A DNA stretch of 41,614 nucleotides. It comes from a bacterium (lineage in GTDB: Bacteria > JAJRZV01). Positions 27,390 through 37,108 of this stretch are shown piece by piece. Location of the stretch: positions 1 through 41,614 of the forward strand of contig JAJRZV010000046.1 in NCBI GenBank assembly GCA_024275095.1. The letters are read 5' to 3'. Every line of letters starts with the position of its first letter. Position 1 is the stretch's first letter. A program made the position numbers and the translations under genes. Under the pieces are notes generated by a model. The model was not told the origin of the DNA, ran no database searches, and worked only from the letters and a program-made list of their open reading frames with translations.

Positions 27390-28784
27390 ATGAGCATTCG
27401 TTTCGGTACAGAAGGCTGGCGTGGAGTCATTGCTGATGATTTCACCTTTGCAAATCTGGAGGCTGTGTCTGCAGCCACGGCACTGTGGTTGAGAGGGATG
27501 TCGTCTGAAGGCACACGTGTAATAGTTTCGTACGACAGGAGATTCATGTCCGAAGATTTTGCACGTAGATGTGCTGAGGTAATGGCGACCCACGGTATAA
27601 AGGTAAAACTATCACATCGTTCTTCTCCGACCCCTGCGTTAAGCTTCTTCATTCAGCAGGAAAAAATGGATGCTGGCGTTATGATAACCGCATCTCACAA
27701 TCCCTACCGGTATAACGGCTTCAAGGTCAAAAATAAATTCGGCGGCCCGATTTCCGATGACGAAGCCCGCGTTATTGTTGGATATGTTAATGACATTCTC
27801 GAAGGATGCGAAGATGTTATGGGACCCCGAGAGATTTCTGTTGAGGAAGTTGACTTTTTTGAAAGCTATATCAGAGCACTTATGCATATTCCTCGAAATG
27901 GGATAGATGGTGGCGGTCGTCGTGTGAATGTTGATGCCATGCACGGTTCAGGAGGTGGATGGTTATCAGAAGTGTTGACTCGTTTCGGGTTTGATGTATG
28001 TGAACTCCGCGGGAATGAGGATCCAACTTTCGGAAAGGGAAAGCCTGAACCCCGTCCTGAAAATCTTGAAAGGCTCGTTGAAGCATGCAGAACCAGCGGA
28101 GTTCCTGGATTTGCCCTTGATGGAGATGCTGATCGTATCGGTGCGGTTGACGAGAAAGGACGATTTATTGATTCACATCACGTATTTGCTCTGCTACTCA
28201 GGCATCTGGTAGAGAATCGAGGATTGAGGGGTCTTGTAGTGAAGACTGTCACAACAACTGATATGGTAGACAAACTCTGCAGGCATTATGAGCTCCCTCT
28301 GGAAGTAACGCCTGTGGGTTTCAAACATGCTTCGCGTCTTATGGTTGAAAAAAATGCTATCATTGCCGGTGAAGAGAGTGGTGGAATCGGTACCTGCCTG
28401 CACGTGCCGGAAAGGGACGGCAGTGCGTGTGCGGTGCTTTTGCTGGAGTATATGGAAACAGCACAGCGCTCACTGTCAGAGTGGGTGGATGACTTGCACG
28501 GGATGATCGGTCCTCATTACTTTCACAGAGATGACATCGAAGTGGATGACCTGGATGCTGTATGGTCACGTGTCAGCAAGCGTTCGGCAGAATTTGGTGC
28601 AGAGCTCGCTTTGAGACTGGAGACAGACATGGACGGGTTTAAATTCCGCGCTGATGATGGTTCATGGCTTGTCTTGAGGCGTTCAGGTACGGAATCACTT
28701 GTGAGGGTTTACGCTGAGTCAACCTCTCAAGAGAGAGTGCATCAACTTCTTTCTAAGGCGGAAGAAATACTGAAAAGTTATTAA
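27390..28784 (+). CDS. Phosphoglucomutase/phosphomannomutase
   Basis: FGTEGWRG, TASHNP, DGDADR, GEESG, RRSGTE. Confidence 0.93.
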   Translation: MSIRFGTEGWRGVIADDFTFANLEAVSAATALWLRGMSSEGTRVIVSYDRRFMSEDFARRCAEVMATHGIKVKLSHRSSPTPALSFFIQQEKMDAGVMITASHNPYRYNGFKVKNKFGGPISDDEARVIVGYVNDILEGCEDVMGPREISVEEVDFFESYIRALMHIPRNGIDGGGRRVNVDAMHGSGGGWLSEVLTRFGFDVCELRGNEDPTFGKGKPEPRPENLERLVEACRTSGVPGFALDGDADRIGAVDEKGRFIDSHHVFALLLRHLVENRGLRGLVVKTVTTTDMVDKLCRHYELPLEVTPVGFKHASRLMVEKNAIIAGEESGGIGTCLHVPERDGSACAVLLLEYMETAQRSLSEWVDDLHGMIGPHYFHRDDIEVDDLDAVWSRVSKRSAEFGAELALRLETDMDGFKFRADDGSWLVLRRSGTESLVRVYAESTSQERVHQLLSKAEEILKSY

Positions 28785-29605
28785 ATTTCATCTTCTGCTT
28801 CTGACTCAACGTTATCGGTGTTTTCCCTTGAGTCTACAGGAGGTGGTGTGTGTTTTTTCAGCAGGTAAACATATAGAATCACTGAAGCGATGAATACAGG
28901 AATGGATATAAACTGGGATGTTGAAAGTACATTTTCTATTACCCAGCCTCGAGGATCGCCCCTCAGAAATTCAATGAGGAAGCGGGTAACGCTGTAGTAA
29001 ATGAGCGAGAACAGGGCAACCTGGCCGTGGAATACTTTGTGACGTCTGATGTAGATTAGTACGAAGTACATGATGAGCCCGTTGATGGAGAGATAAATCT
29101 GCGTGGGATGTAACCTTACGCCTGTAGGTGCAATGGCTAAAGGATCGTGGAATACCACGCCCCAGGGCAGATGTGTTGGCTTGCCGTAACAGCATCCTGC
29201 TGAAAAGCAGGCCCATCTTCCCACAAACAGACCGATGGCAAGCGAAATGGCTAATATGTCGAGCACGCGCCACACGTTCATGCGGCGAATGCGTGAATAT
29301 ATCACGACAATGGCGATGCCGAAGAAGAGGCCGCCGTAATACACGAACCCGCCCTTCCAGATTTTGGGTATTTCCCACAGGTTATCTTTAAATAAATCCC
29401 ACTCAACAACCACGTACAGAAGTCTGGCCCCGAGAAGCGAGCCTATGAGGATGTAAAAGGTGAGATCAAGAACTTTCTCAGGATTTTCCCCCTGAATGGA
29501 TGCCTCGCGCGCAGCAATGAGCATGCCCACGGTAAATGCAGCTGCCAGCAGTACCCCGTAAGTGTAGACACTTACACTTCCGATGCGGAAAAGAATGGGA
29601 TGCAA
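28781..29605 (-). CDS. lgt: Prolipoprotein diacylglyceryl transferase
   Basis: GARLLY, GGFVYYGG, GRWACF..GCC.G, HPTQIY, RFLIEFLR. Confidence 0.95.
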   Translation of the reverse strand: MHPILFRIGSVSVYTYGVLLAAAFTVGMLIAAREASIQGENPEKVLDLTFYILIGSLLGARLLYVVVEWDLFKDNLWEIPKIWKGGFVYYGGLFFGIAIVVIYSRIRRMNVWRVLDILAISLAIGLFVGRWACFSAGCCYGKPTHLPWGVVFHDPLAIAPTGVRLHPTQIYLSINGLIMYFVLIYIRRHKVFHGQVALFSLIYYSVTRFLIEFLRGDPRGWVIENVLSTSQFISIPVFIASVILYVYLLKKHTPPPVDSRENTDNVESEAEDEI

Positions 29606-29606
29606 T

Positions 29607-30098
29607 TTACCTCTCCTCCTTTTCCTTCATTGACATGATTATAATCGCGAACACCCCGATTGTAATAGCCACATCTGCCAGATTGTAGGCAGGCCATCCA
29701 TACTTTCCTATGTGCATGTATATCATATCCACCACGTAACCCTTGAATATTCTGTCTATCAGGTTGCCCAGCGCTCCCCCCAAAATGAGCGAAAGCGACG
29801 CAAGCAATGTTTTTTGCTGATACTCCACCTTCAGGATGAAGAAGATTACAATACCCAGTGCGATGAACGATGCTGCGGTGAGAAGGGGTCTGGTACCTTT
29901 CCAGCCAGGATTGTTGAACAGTCCAAATGCCGCTCCCCGGTTATGCACGCGGACTATATGGAGCGCTCCCGGAATAGTTTCCACGCTGTCCTGGAAGCTC
30001 ATGTTTTTTTCAATCCAGTGTTTTGTAAGGTGGTCGGCAATAAATACAGAAGAGGAAACAACAAGCACGAGGATTAACTTTTTGATTAACTCAGGCAC
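29607..30098 (-). CDS. lspA: Lipoprotein signal peptidase II
   Basis: DHLTK, NRGAAFG, GGALGNLIDR, YNLAD. Confidence 0.95.
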   Translation of the reverse strand: MPELIKKLILVLVVSSSVFIADHLTKHWIEKNMSFQDSVETIPGALHIVRVHNRGAAFGLFNNPGWKGTRPLLTAASFIALGIVIFFILKVEYQQKTLLASLSLILGGALGNLIDRIFKGYVVDMIYMHIGKYGWPAYNLADVAITIGVFAIIIMSMKEKEER

Positions 30099-32868
30099 GA
30101 GCTATTACCTCTCTGCATCGCTGGCAGAGGTCTGGATAATCTTTAAAGCTCCCCACACTTTCGCTGTACATCCAGCAGCGAGCGCATTTATGCCCTTTTG
30201 CTCGTTCTACATAAACTGTAACCCTCTCCCCTGCGGGCTTTTCTCCTCCTTCAAGAGGTTGAACAGTGACTCCGGAAGTGATGAAAATTTCCTGAAGTAA
30301 ATCGCTGTATTTGTTCAACACGTCCAGCACCTTTTCAGGAGCTTTAATTGTTACTGATGCTTCCAAGGAACCACCGATAACTTTTTCTACGCGTTTTTCT
30401 TCCAGTTTTTTGAGTACGTCTTCACGTACCTCCAGGAGAAGAGACATCTCGGAGAAAAGAGTATCCTCTTGCAAGGTGCGCTTTTTACTTTCTGGGAAAG
30501 GATTTAAAAATACACTTTCCGGTAGAGAATTATCTATCTTCCGCAGGTGTTGCCAAGCTTCCTCGCAGGTGAAAGACATCACAGGTGAGAGGATTACAAG
30601 TAAATTTTTGAGGATAAGATAAATAGCTGACTGGGCAGAACGTCTCTTCGGGGAGTCACTGGCCTCACAGTAGAGCGTATCCTTGAGCACATCGAGATAA
30701 AATGCACTGAGGAAGGTCACAATGAACGCATAGACGGAGTGATACACTCCATGAAATTCGTAGCGTTCATAATACTGGCGGACACGCTCTATGAGTTCAT
30801 TCAGTTTCAAAATAGCGAATCGATCAAGCGGTCTCATATTACTTTCGCTGACCATTTGATTTGGCATAAAGTCGCCGAGATTCCCCAGCATGAACCTGAA
30901 GGTATTGCGCATTTTCCTGTAGGCCTCAATGAGCCTCTGAAGAATCTCGTGAGAGAGCCGGATGTCTTCACGGTAATCTTCACATGATACCCACAACCGT
31001 ATAATTTCAGCACCGTGTTGTTTGATGATTTCCTGAGGTGAAATGACATTACCCAAGGATTTGGACATTTTGCGGCCTTCACCGTCCACCACAAATCCGT
31101 GAGTGAGCACGGCGCGGTATGGTGCGTGCCCCCGTGTTGTTACGGCAGTTATAAGGGAGCTCTGAAACCATCCTCTGTGCTGGTCGCTGCCTTCTAAATA
31201 GAGGTCTGCAGGCCAGTTCAGTGCCTCTATACGTTCCAGCACCGCTGCATGTGATACGCCCGAGTCAAACCATACGTCCAGGATATCTGTTTCTTTTCTG
31301 AATTCGTGCCCACCACAATGTGGACACTGCAGGTCGCCTGCCAGGTCCCTGACATCCGCCTGATACCACACATCTGCACCATTTTCATCAAAGGCTCTGG
31401 CTACCTTTCGGATGATTTGTGCATCCATAACGTATTCGCCGCACCCCCGGCACTGAAACAGGGCGATGGGCACGCCCCATGCACGCTGGCGTGAGATGCA
31501 CCAGTCAGGTCTGCTCTCAACCATGGAGGCGATGCGGTTCCGTCCCCAGCGGGGTATCCATTCCACACGCTCTATTTCGGAAAGCAGGCGTTGCCTTAAG
31601 TATTCGTGCTCCACGGATACGAACCACTGTTCTGTTGCCCGAAATATGATGGGCTTTTTGCATCTCCAGCAGTGCGGGTAACTGTGGCGTATCTGCCCTT
31701 CTGCAAGCAGCAGCCCTTTTGCACGCAGCACCTCTGTCACATGGGCATTGGCGTCAAATACGAACTCGCCTTTAAACTCTCCCGCCTCGGCTGTGAAGCA
31801 TCCGTTCTCATCCACGGGTGAAAACACGTCTAAATGATAACGAAGTCCCACCTCGTAGTCTTCTTCTCCATGGCCTGGAGCTGTATGCACGCACCCTGTA
31901 CCTTGCTCCAGTGTTACGAACTCTGAAAGCATAATGAGCGACATGCGGTCGAACAGTGGATGGTGCGCGTGTAGATTTTCCACTTCTGCACCCTTGAAGC
32001 GGGTGAGAATGCGTTTGTTTTCGAGCCCTGTATCCTTGAGGAACTCTTCCAGGCGTTTTTCTGCGATCATGAATATACCCTTCTCTGTCTCCACCCATAC
32101 ATAATCGAACTCAGGATGTACCTGAATGCCCAGATTGCCGGGAATGGTCCATGGTGTGGTGGTCCAGATGACGACCGAAGCTTCAGGAGGCAACCTGAAT
32201 TTTTCACGAAGGTCTTCAGCCGCGCGAAAAGCCACGTAAACCGATGGAGACGCCTTTTCACTGTACTCGACTTCTGCCTCAGCAAGCGCGGTGGTACATG
32301 AAGGACACCAGTAAACGGGTCTCCTGCGCCTGTAGACATAGCCTTTTTCAACCAGCGTAGCGAACTCACGCAGTATGTCCGCTTCGTAGGAATATTCCAT
32401 GGTAAGATAGGGTTGTGACCATGACCCGAATACACCGAGCCGTATAAATTCTTCTCGCTGAACGTTGACATATTTTTCTGCATATTTGCGGCATGCCTTA
32501 CGGAAGGCGATAATGTCAGCTCTGGCTTCTCTTCCTTTCTGCTCTTCCACTTTCAGCTCAATAGGGAGTCCATGACAGTCCCATCCCGGAACAAAAGGTA
32601 CGAAGTACCCTGCAAGAGATTTGTACTTCACGATAATGTCTTTAAGCACCTTGTTAAGTGCGTGTCCCATGTGAATGTTACCGTTGGCATAGGGGGGACC
32701 GTCATGGAGAATAAAGGGGGTCGCACCGCGGTTTTTCCCCAGCATTTTGTTGTATAAATTTTTCTCTTCCCAGAGCTGTATAATTTCCTTTTCGCGCACG
32801 GGGAGATTTGCCTTCATGGGAAAATCTGTCCGAGGCAAATTGATGGTGTTCCTGTAATCTTTTGACAT
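30091..32868 (-). CDS. ileS: Isoleucine--tRNA ligase
   Basis: DGPPYANG, HMGH, GWDCHGLP, WTTTPWT, KMSKS, C-terminal CARCW...LCQRC. Confidence 0.98.
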   Translation of the reverse strand: MSKDYRNTINLPRTDFPMKANLPVREKEIIQLWEEKNLYNKMLGKNRGATPFILHDGPPYANGNIHMGHALNKVLKDIIVKYKSLAGYFVPFVPGWDCHGLPIELKVEEQKGREARADIIAFRKACRKYAEKYVNVQREEFIRLGVFGSWSQPYLTMEYSYEADILREFATLVEKGYVYRRRRPVYWCPSCTTALAEAEVEYSEKASPSVYVAFRAAEDLREKFRLPPEASVVIWTTTPWTIPGNLGIQVHPEFDYVWVETEKGIFMIAEKRLEEFLKDTGLENKRILTRFKGAEVENLHAHHPLFDRMSLIMLSEFVTLEQGTGCVHTAPGHGEEDYEVGLRYHLDVFSPVDENGCFTAEAGEFKGEFVFDANAHVTEVLRAKGLLLAEGQIRHSYPHCWRCKKPIIFRATEQWFVSVEHEYLRQRLLSEIERVEWIPRWGRNRIASMVESRPDWCISRQRAWGVPIALFQCRGCGEYVMDAQIIRKVARAFDENGADVWYQADVRDLAGDLQCPHCGGHEFRKETDILDVWFDSGVSHAAVLERIEALNWPADLYLEGSDQHRGWFQSSLITAVTTRGHAPYRAVLTHGFVVDGEGRKMSKSLGNVISPQEIIKQHGAEIIRLWVSCEDYREDIRLSHEILQRLIEAYRKMRNTFRFMLGNLGDFMPNQMVSESNMRPLDRFAILKLNELIERVRQYYERYEFHGVYHSVYAFIVTFLSAFYLDVLKDTLYCEASDSPKRRSAQSAIYLILKNLLVILSPVMSFTCEEAWQHLRKIDNSLPESVFLNPFPESKKRTLQEDTLFSEMSLLLEVREDVLKKLEEKRVEKVIGGSLEASVTIKAPEKVLDVLNKYSDLLQEIFITSGVTVQPLEGGEKPAGERVTVYVERAKGHKCARCWMYSESVGSFKDYPDLCQRCREVIARA

Positions 32869-32926
32869 GGTGCATTAAGTAAATTGCATCGCCACGGTCT
32901 CTGTCAAGAGTAACGTTCACCCCTCC

Positions 32927-32982
32927 GGGGTCTGGTCTCAACATTGGACATTCGGAGTTCAACGCTGAGGTTTTACGGGCGG
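32927..32982. repeat. Imperfect ~56-nt direct repeat, copy 1
   Basis: GGGGTCTGGTCTCAACATTGGACATTCGG...GTTTTACGGGCGG; 47/56 identical to 34920-34974 by hand alignment. Confidence 0.8.
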
Positions 32983-32996
32983 GAGGGTATGTGGGT

Positions 32997-33106
32997 GAGA
33001 TTGCTTCGGTCATCCCCGAGTTGCGGATGATTTGTTCACAATGACTGTTTGAGGGACGAGACTGCTTCAGCATCCCCTGTAACGCGGGGAATTCTCTTAC
33101 AGTGAC
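32997..33106. repeat. Two tandem 49-nt REP-like elements
   Basis: 32997-33045 and 33058-33106 both read GAGAYTGCTTC...CATCCCC...GCGG...ACARTGAC with an internal hairpin. Confidence 0.6.
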
Positions 33107-33362
33107 TCGAGTAGGACACATTCAACATTTCTGATGGTGGTGTGGCTTGAATATTTTTCTACTCGTCGCATTGGGCAATCTCTGTCGCATTGTACAAACA
33201 AGTCAGGTTTTACGAATCCGCGTTCAGAAAATTCCACCGCCTTTTCATTCGCTTCAGAGATTTTTTAACGTTGTTACGAGCATGTGTGTGAATTTCTTGA
33301 CGTCATGAAGAGTATTAAAATAAGGTAAACAAGCCGAAAAAAATCAATCAGGAGCAAAAAAT

Positions 33363-34910
33363 ATGGATCAAATGTTGGCTGGTACTCGTGGATGTATCTC
33401 TCCAAAGGTGAAGTTTCTGATTCTGTGCTGTGTGTGGATGCCCTTTGTAGCCTGTAGCACTCGTTATTATCTCAGAGCTTTTCCACTTCCAAGTAATCCG
33501 GAACTTCTCGACCGGGCTTTTCGCATAGTGGCAAAGAAAGTGGCTGAAAATCCCTTAATTCAGAAAGGACGTTCCTACGGTATTTTCAACATGGAATTGT
33601 CCGAAGGAAAGGATGACTACCCTGTGAAGGTTGTCGTTGAAGATATGCTCAAAGAGACACTGGTCTCGAAAGGAGCACGAGTTGTTGAAAGAGATGAAGA
33701 TGTAATGCTTCATTTAATTTTTGAAGATGCGGGTTCCCGGGTCACTTCTATTCTTACGGACCCTCTGAAGATAAACATATACGATCGAATATTCTCATTG
33801 CTGGAAAATCCTGAGTCCTCCCGGTGTGAAGCTCTCTCCCTTCTTAATGATCTGAAAGTCTATCGCGAGAGCTTTCAAAGAGGTAAAAAGGGCCACGATG
33901 CTGTTTACCTCGGGCCTTCTATCAGGGACAAGCTTGCTTCTTCCACCCTTGTTGTACCCGAATATCTCATTGCTTACCGTGTCTATACAGCAGGTGTGAG
34001 AATGTATGACGACGATACAAGCGATGCTTTTATCACGCGTGAGGCACGTGTTGAGCTTTTTGTTGAGATTGTAGAGACGAAAACCGGGATTGTGCTGTGG
34101 GCGGGGAGAATCAAAGGCGAAGTGAATGATAAAATTCCTTATTACGCAGCAGAGCAAACGGATTCTTCTGGATTTGTTTTTTACACGCATGCTTTCCCAC
34201 TTGTGGAAGAGGCTCGTGATATGCATGGAGACTTCCCCGTGGTGGTTATACAGTATGAAGAAAAGGCTCGCGAGGGAAGAGAGCCTGTTGGTGAGGTCGA
34301 GGAAGGAGTTGTAGAGAAAGAAGTTGTAAAAGAAGGCACTGTAAAAACAATCACTTTTAAAGGATCTGCAAGACCCCGTGAGAAACCTTTAAAAAAAGAA
34401 GTCGAGGCAACTGGTGAAGTCCGTAGAACACACAGACCTTACGCACCACTGGGCATTGTGTTCGGGACGGGTTTCATATCTGGTATCAGCTTTTTGCAAG
34501 CGACGTATAAAGGTAAGGAAGAGATAGACATGTTCAGTTACGGAGTGGATGCAAGAATGGGCTACCGGATTGGCAGGCACATCGTTCCGTTTGTGTTTTT
34601 CTCACATTCCTGGAGCAACATGAACTGGTTGAGAGTGGGTGCTGGAGCATCGCTGACTTTTCCCATTAAAAATTTGATTCCCGAGGCTGACCTTAAAATT
34701 GGTTATATAAGAGGAAAGGGTCCGTATACAAAAGGGTCGTTTTACATTGCACCTGGTGGAGGACTGAAATTCATGTTCATGAAAGACCTGGGCGTGTTCA
34801 TAGACATGGAGCTGGGTATTCACCAGGTTTATCGGCCGATTGAAGAATCTTTTCTCACACTCATAGGCGGTCTTTTAAATATAAGCCTCGGTGCGCTCGT
34901 AGTTCTGTAG
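33363..34910 (+). CDS. Hypothetical lipoprotein: CsgG/LpoB-like domain plus C-terminal outer-membrane beta-barrel-like domain
   Basis: Lipobox-like FVAC; GARVVERD and VEIVETKTGIVLW motifs; charged linker; amphipathic Gly/aromatic strands at C-terminus. Confidence 0.55.
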   Translation: MDQMLAGTRGCISPKVKFLILCCVWMPFVACSTRYYLRAFPLPSNPELLDRAFRIVAKKVAENPLIQKGRSYGIFNMELSEGKDDYPVKVVVEDMLKETLVSKGARVVERDEDVMLHLIFEDAGSRVTSILTDPLKINIYDRIFSLLENPESSRCEALSLLNDLKVYRESFQRGKKGHDAVYLGPSIRDKLASSTLVVPEYLIAYRVYTAGVRMYDDDTSDAFITREARVELFVEIVETKTGIVLWAGRIKGEVNDKIPYYAAEQTDSSGFVFYTHAFPLVEEARDMHGDFPVVVIQYEEKAREGREPVGEVEEGVVEKEVVKEGTVKTITFKGSARPREKPLKKEVEATGEVRRTHRPYAPLGIVFGTGFISGISFLQATYKGKEEIDMFSYGVDARMGYRIGRHIVPFVFFSHSWSNMNWLRVGAGASLTFPIKNLIPEADLKIGYIRGKGPYTKGSFYIAPGGGLKFMFMKDLGVFIDMELGIHQVYRPIEESFLTLIGGLLNISLGALVVL

Positions 34911-34919
34911 GACCTTATC

Positions 34920-35044
34920 GGGGCCTGGTCTCAACATTTGACATTCGGGTTCTATGTCGAAGTTTTAAGGGCGGTGCGCCCGTGCACTACCTGGGAGCGA
35001 GATCGCTGCATCGACCTGCCTACGGCAGAACTCCTCGCAGTGGC
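34920..35044. repeat. Direct repeat copy 2 (34920-34974) plus degenerate REP-like element (34999-35044)
   Basis: GGGGCCTGGTCTCAACATTTGACATTCGG...GTTTTAAGGGCGG, then GAGATCGCTGC...CTGCC-TAC-GGCAG...CTCGCAGTGGC. Confidence 0.7.
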
Positions 35045-35237
35045 TGGGAAAAGGGACAGAGGGTAAGGTTGGTGGGAGTTCACCCCGACTTCATCTTCCC
35101 CCGGGGGATAGGGGCGAGGGGGCATCACATTTTTGTTGAGCAGATTTCAGTGTGAAAGGGAAAAATGTTTGTGGTATTAACTGATACCGTTGCAGGGGAA
35201 GGGACTCTCTGGTAGATTAGACGCAGGAGTCGCCGCT

Positions 35238-35615
35238 ATGAAAGAGAAATTGAAGTCCTGGCTGTATCTGACATGGTGTGCTGTCAGACATTTTTTTCGC
35301 CGCCTGTTCACTGTTGTAACAGGGCAGTACAATGGACTGGAGCTTTTTCACCAGAATTATGTAACAGAAGGCCTGATCCCATTTGATGCTGAGACGGAGG
35401 AAGCGGTTGTTGCGGCACTTAAATGCGTAATGTGTGGGCAGTGCAGCATGGTGAAGATTTCAGATGCTCTGGATGCTGATATTGTTCCTGCAGCGCTGTT
35501 TAGAGATGTATCACAGAAAAGATACTTTGGGTCACTTGCCTTCTCAAAAGCACCCGAGTGTCCCTTTGGTGTGGATTTTGATGTATTTTCACATTTTGCT
35601 GCGGAGGCCTCGTGA
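35238..35615 (+). CDS. Small hypothetical protein with ferredoxin-like Cys motif
   Basis: CVMCGQC...ECPFGVD; AGGAG RBS before ATG 35238; GTGA overlap with the next gene. Confidence 0.6.
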   Translation: MKEKLKSWLYLTWCAVRHFFRRLFTVVTGQYNGLELFHQNYVTEGLIPFDAETEEAVVAALKCVMCGQCSMVKISDALDADIVPAALFRDVSQKRYFGSLAFSKAPECPFGVDFDVFSHFAAEAS

Positions 35616-37108
35616 TACCCGAGTCCCTTAAAAGAGAACTGAAAAGTCTTTTGGGCGATAGGGCTTCTGATCATCCTGCTCATCTGAAGGCGTACAGCCG
35701 TGACATGTGGCCGTTTCTTCTTATTAAAATTCAGGAGGGCATGAACATCCCACCTCCAGATTTTGTTGTATGGCCGCGGACGGTAGAGGAGGTGTCCGTG
35801 GTGCTTCAAAAAGCTGCTGATGCCGGAGTGCCAATTACACCTTACGGTGGTGGTTCCGGGGTGTGTGGTGGGGCTGTACCCGAGAAGGGAGGAATCGTAG
35901 TTGACCTCAAGCTCATGCGTAACATTCGCATGCTGGACAGGGAGTCACTGCTTGTGGAAGTTGAGTGTGGATACAATGGCGAGCGTTTTGAACGCTACCT
36001 GCAACACAGGGGGTTAACCCTGGGACATTTCCCGTCTTCTATTTACTGCTCTACCGTGGGTGGCTGGGTGGCCACCCGCTCGGCCGGTCAGCTTTCCACC
36101 CTTTACGGGAAGATAGAGGACATGGTGGAAGCGATTGAGGTGGTTCTTCCGTCTGGAGAGGTTTTCAGCACTCGCAAGAAGCCTCGTTCTGCTTCAGGTC
36201 CCGATTTCAACCAGCTTTTCGTGGGGTCGGAAGGAGTGCTGGGTATCATTACCAGTACAACCCTTCGACTCCACAATCAGCCCGAGACAAGGGTATTCAG
36301 GGGCATTAAATTTAAAGATGTGTATGCAGGAATCGAATCCATCAGAGAAATTATGCAACGCGGTATCAAACCATCAGCCGTAAGGCTGTACGACGAGCTT
36401 GACACTCTTCTGGTCGCTTCGGACCTGGGCGGCGAAAAAGGTGAGAAGAAAGAAGGCTTTTTGAAAACCCTGATGATGCGTGCTCAACGGCTTGCACTTT
36501 CTTATCCGTCCATTACACGGGGATTGCTTAACATCGTACCTGGTGAATGTCTGTTGATTCTTGCATTTGATGGTACATCACGTGAGGTGGAATGGGCACT
36601 GGGTGAGAGTCTTGAAATATGTAAGGAACATGAAGGTGTAGATCAGGGAGAAAAACCAGGCATTGCATGGTGGAAGGATAGATATAAGGTCTCGTACAAC
36701 ATGTCACCGGTATTTTACGGAGGGTCTTTCGTGGACACAATCGAAGTTGCCGGACCGTGGTCAGTCATTCCAAAACTTTACGATGAAATAAGGAAGGCTG
36801 TAACTCGACAGGCTGTAATTCTTGCGCATTTCTCTCATGCCTATCCTGACGGGTGTTCGATCTATTTCACATTCGCTGCAACAGGAGGAAGCGGCGAGGA
36901 AAAATTGAAAAAATACACCGATATATGGCAGGCAGCCATGGAAGCCTGTCTCAGTGCCGGCGGTAGCATCAGTCATCACCACGGTGTTGGCAGACTTAAA
37001 GCTCCGTTTGTTGAGAGGGAACTCGGAGGGGCCTACGGCATTCTCAGAGAAATCAAAAAGACACTGGATCCACGGGGAATTATGAATCCCGGAGTAATGG
37101 GGCTCTGA
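35612..37108 (+). CDS. FAD-linked oxidoreductase (VAO/PCMH family), alkyldihydroxyacetonephosphate synthase-like
   Basis: PYGGGSGV, GHFPSS..STVGGWVATRS.G, SGPD, GSEGVLGIIT, SHHHGVG, MNPG. Confidence 0.85.
   Translation: MIPESLKRELKSLLGDRASDHPAHLKAYSRDMWPFLLIKIQEGMNIPPPDFVVWPRTVEEVSVVLQKAADAGVPITPYGGGSGVCGGAVPEKGGIVVDLKLMRNIRMLDRESLLVEVECGYNGERFERYLQHRGLTLGHFPSSIYCSTVGGWVATRSAGQLSTLYGKIEDMVEAIEVVLPSGEVFSTRKKPRSASGPDFNQLFVGSEGVLGIITSTTLRLHNQPETRVFRGIKFKDVYAGIESIREIMQRGIKPSAVRLYDELDTLLVASDLGGEKGEKKEGFLKTLMMRAQRLALSYPSITRGLLNIVPGECLLILAFDGTSREVEWALGESLEICKEHEGVDQGEKPGIAWWKDRYKVSYNMSPVFYGGSFVDTIEVAGPWSVIPKLYDEIRKAVTRQAVILAHFSHAYPDGCSIYFTFAATGGSGEEKLKKYTDIWQAAMEACLSAGGSISHHHGVGRLKAPFVERELGGAYGILREIKKTLDPRGIMNPGVMGL

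Noticed and set aside
32869-33362. T-box riboswitch upstream of ileS
   Set aside because: Only GGTGGAATT on the minus strand; no GGTGGNACC box or terminator architecture seen
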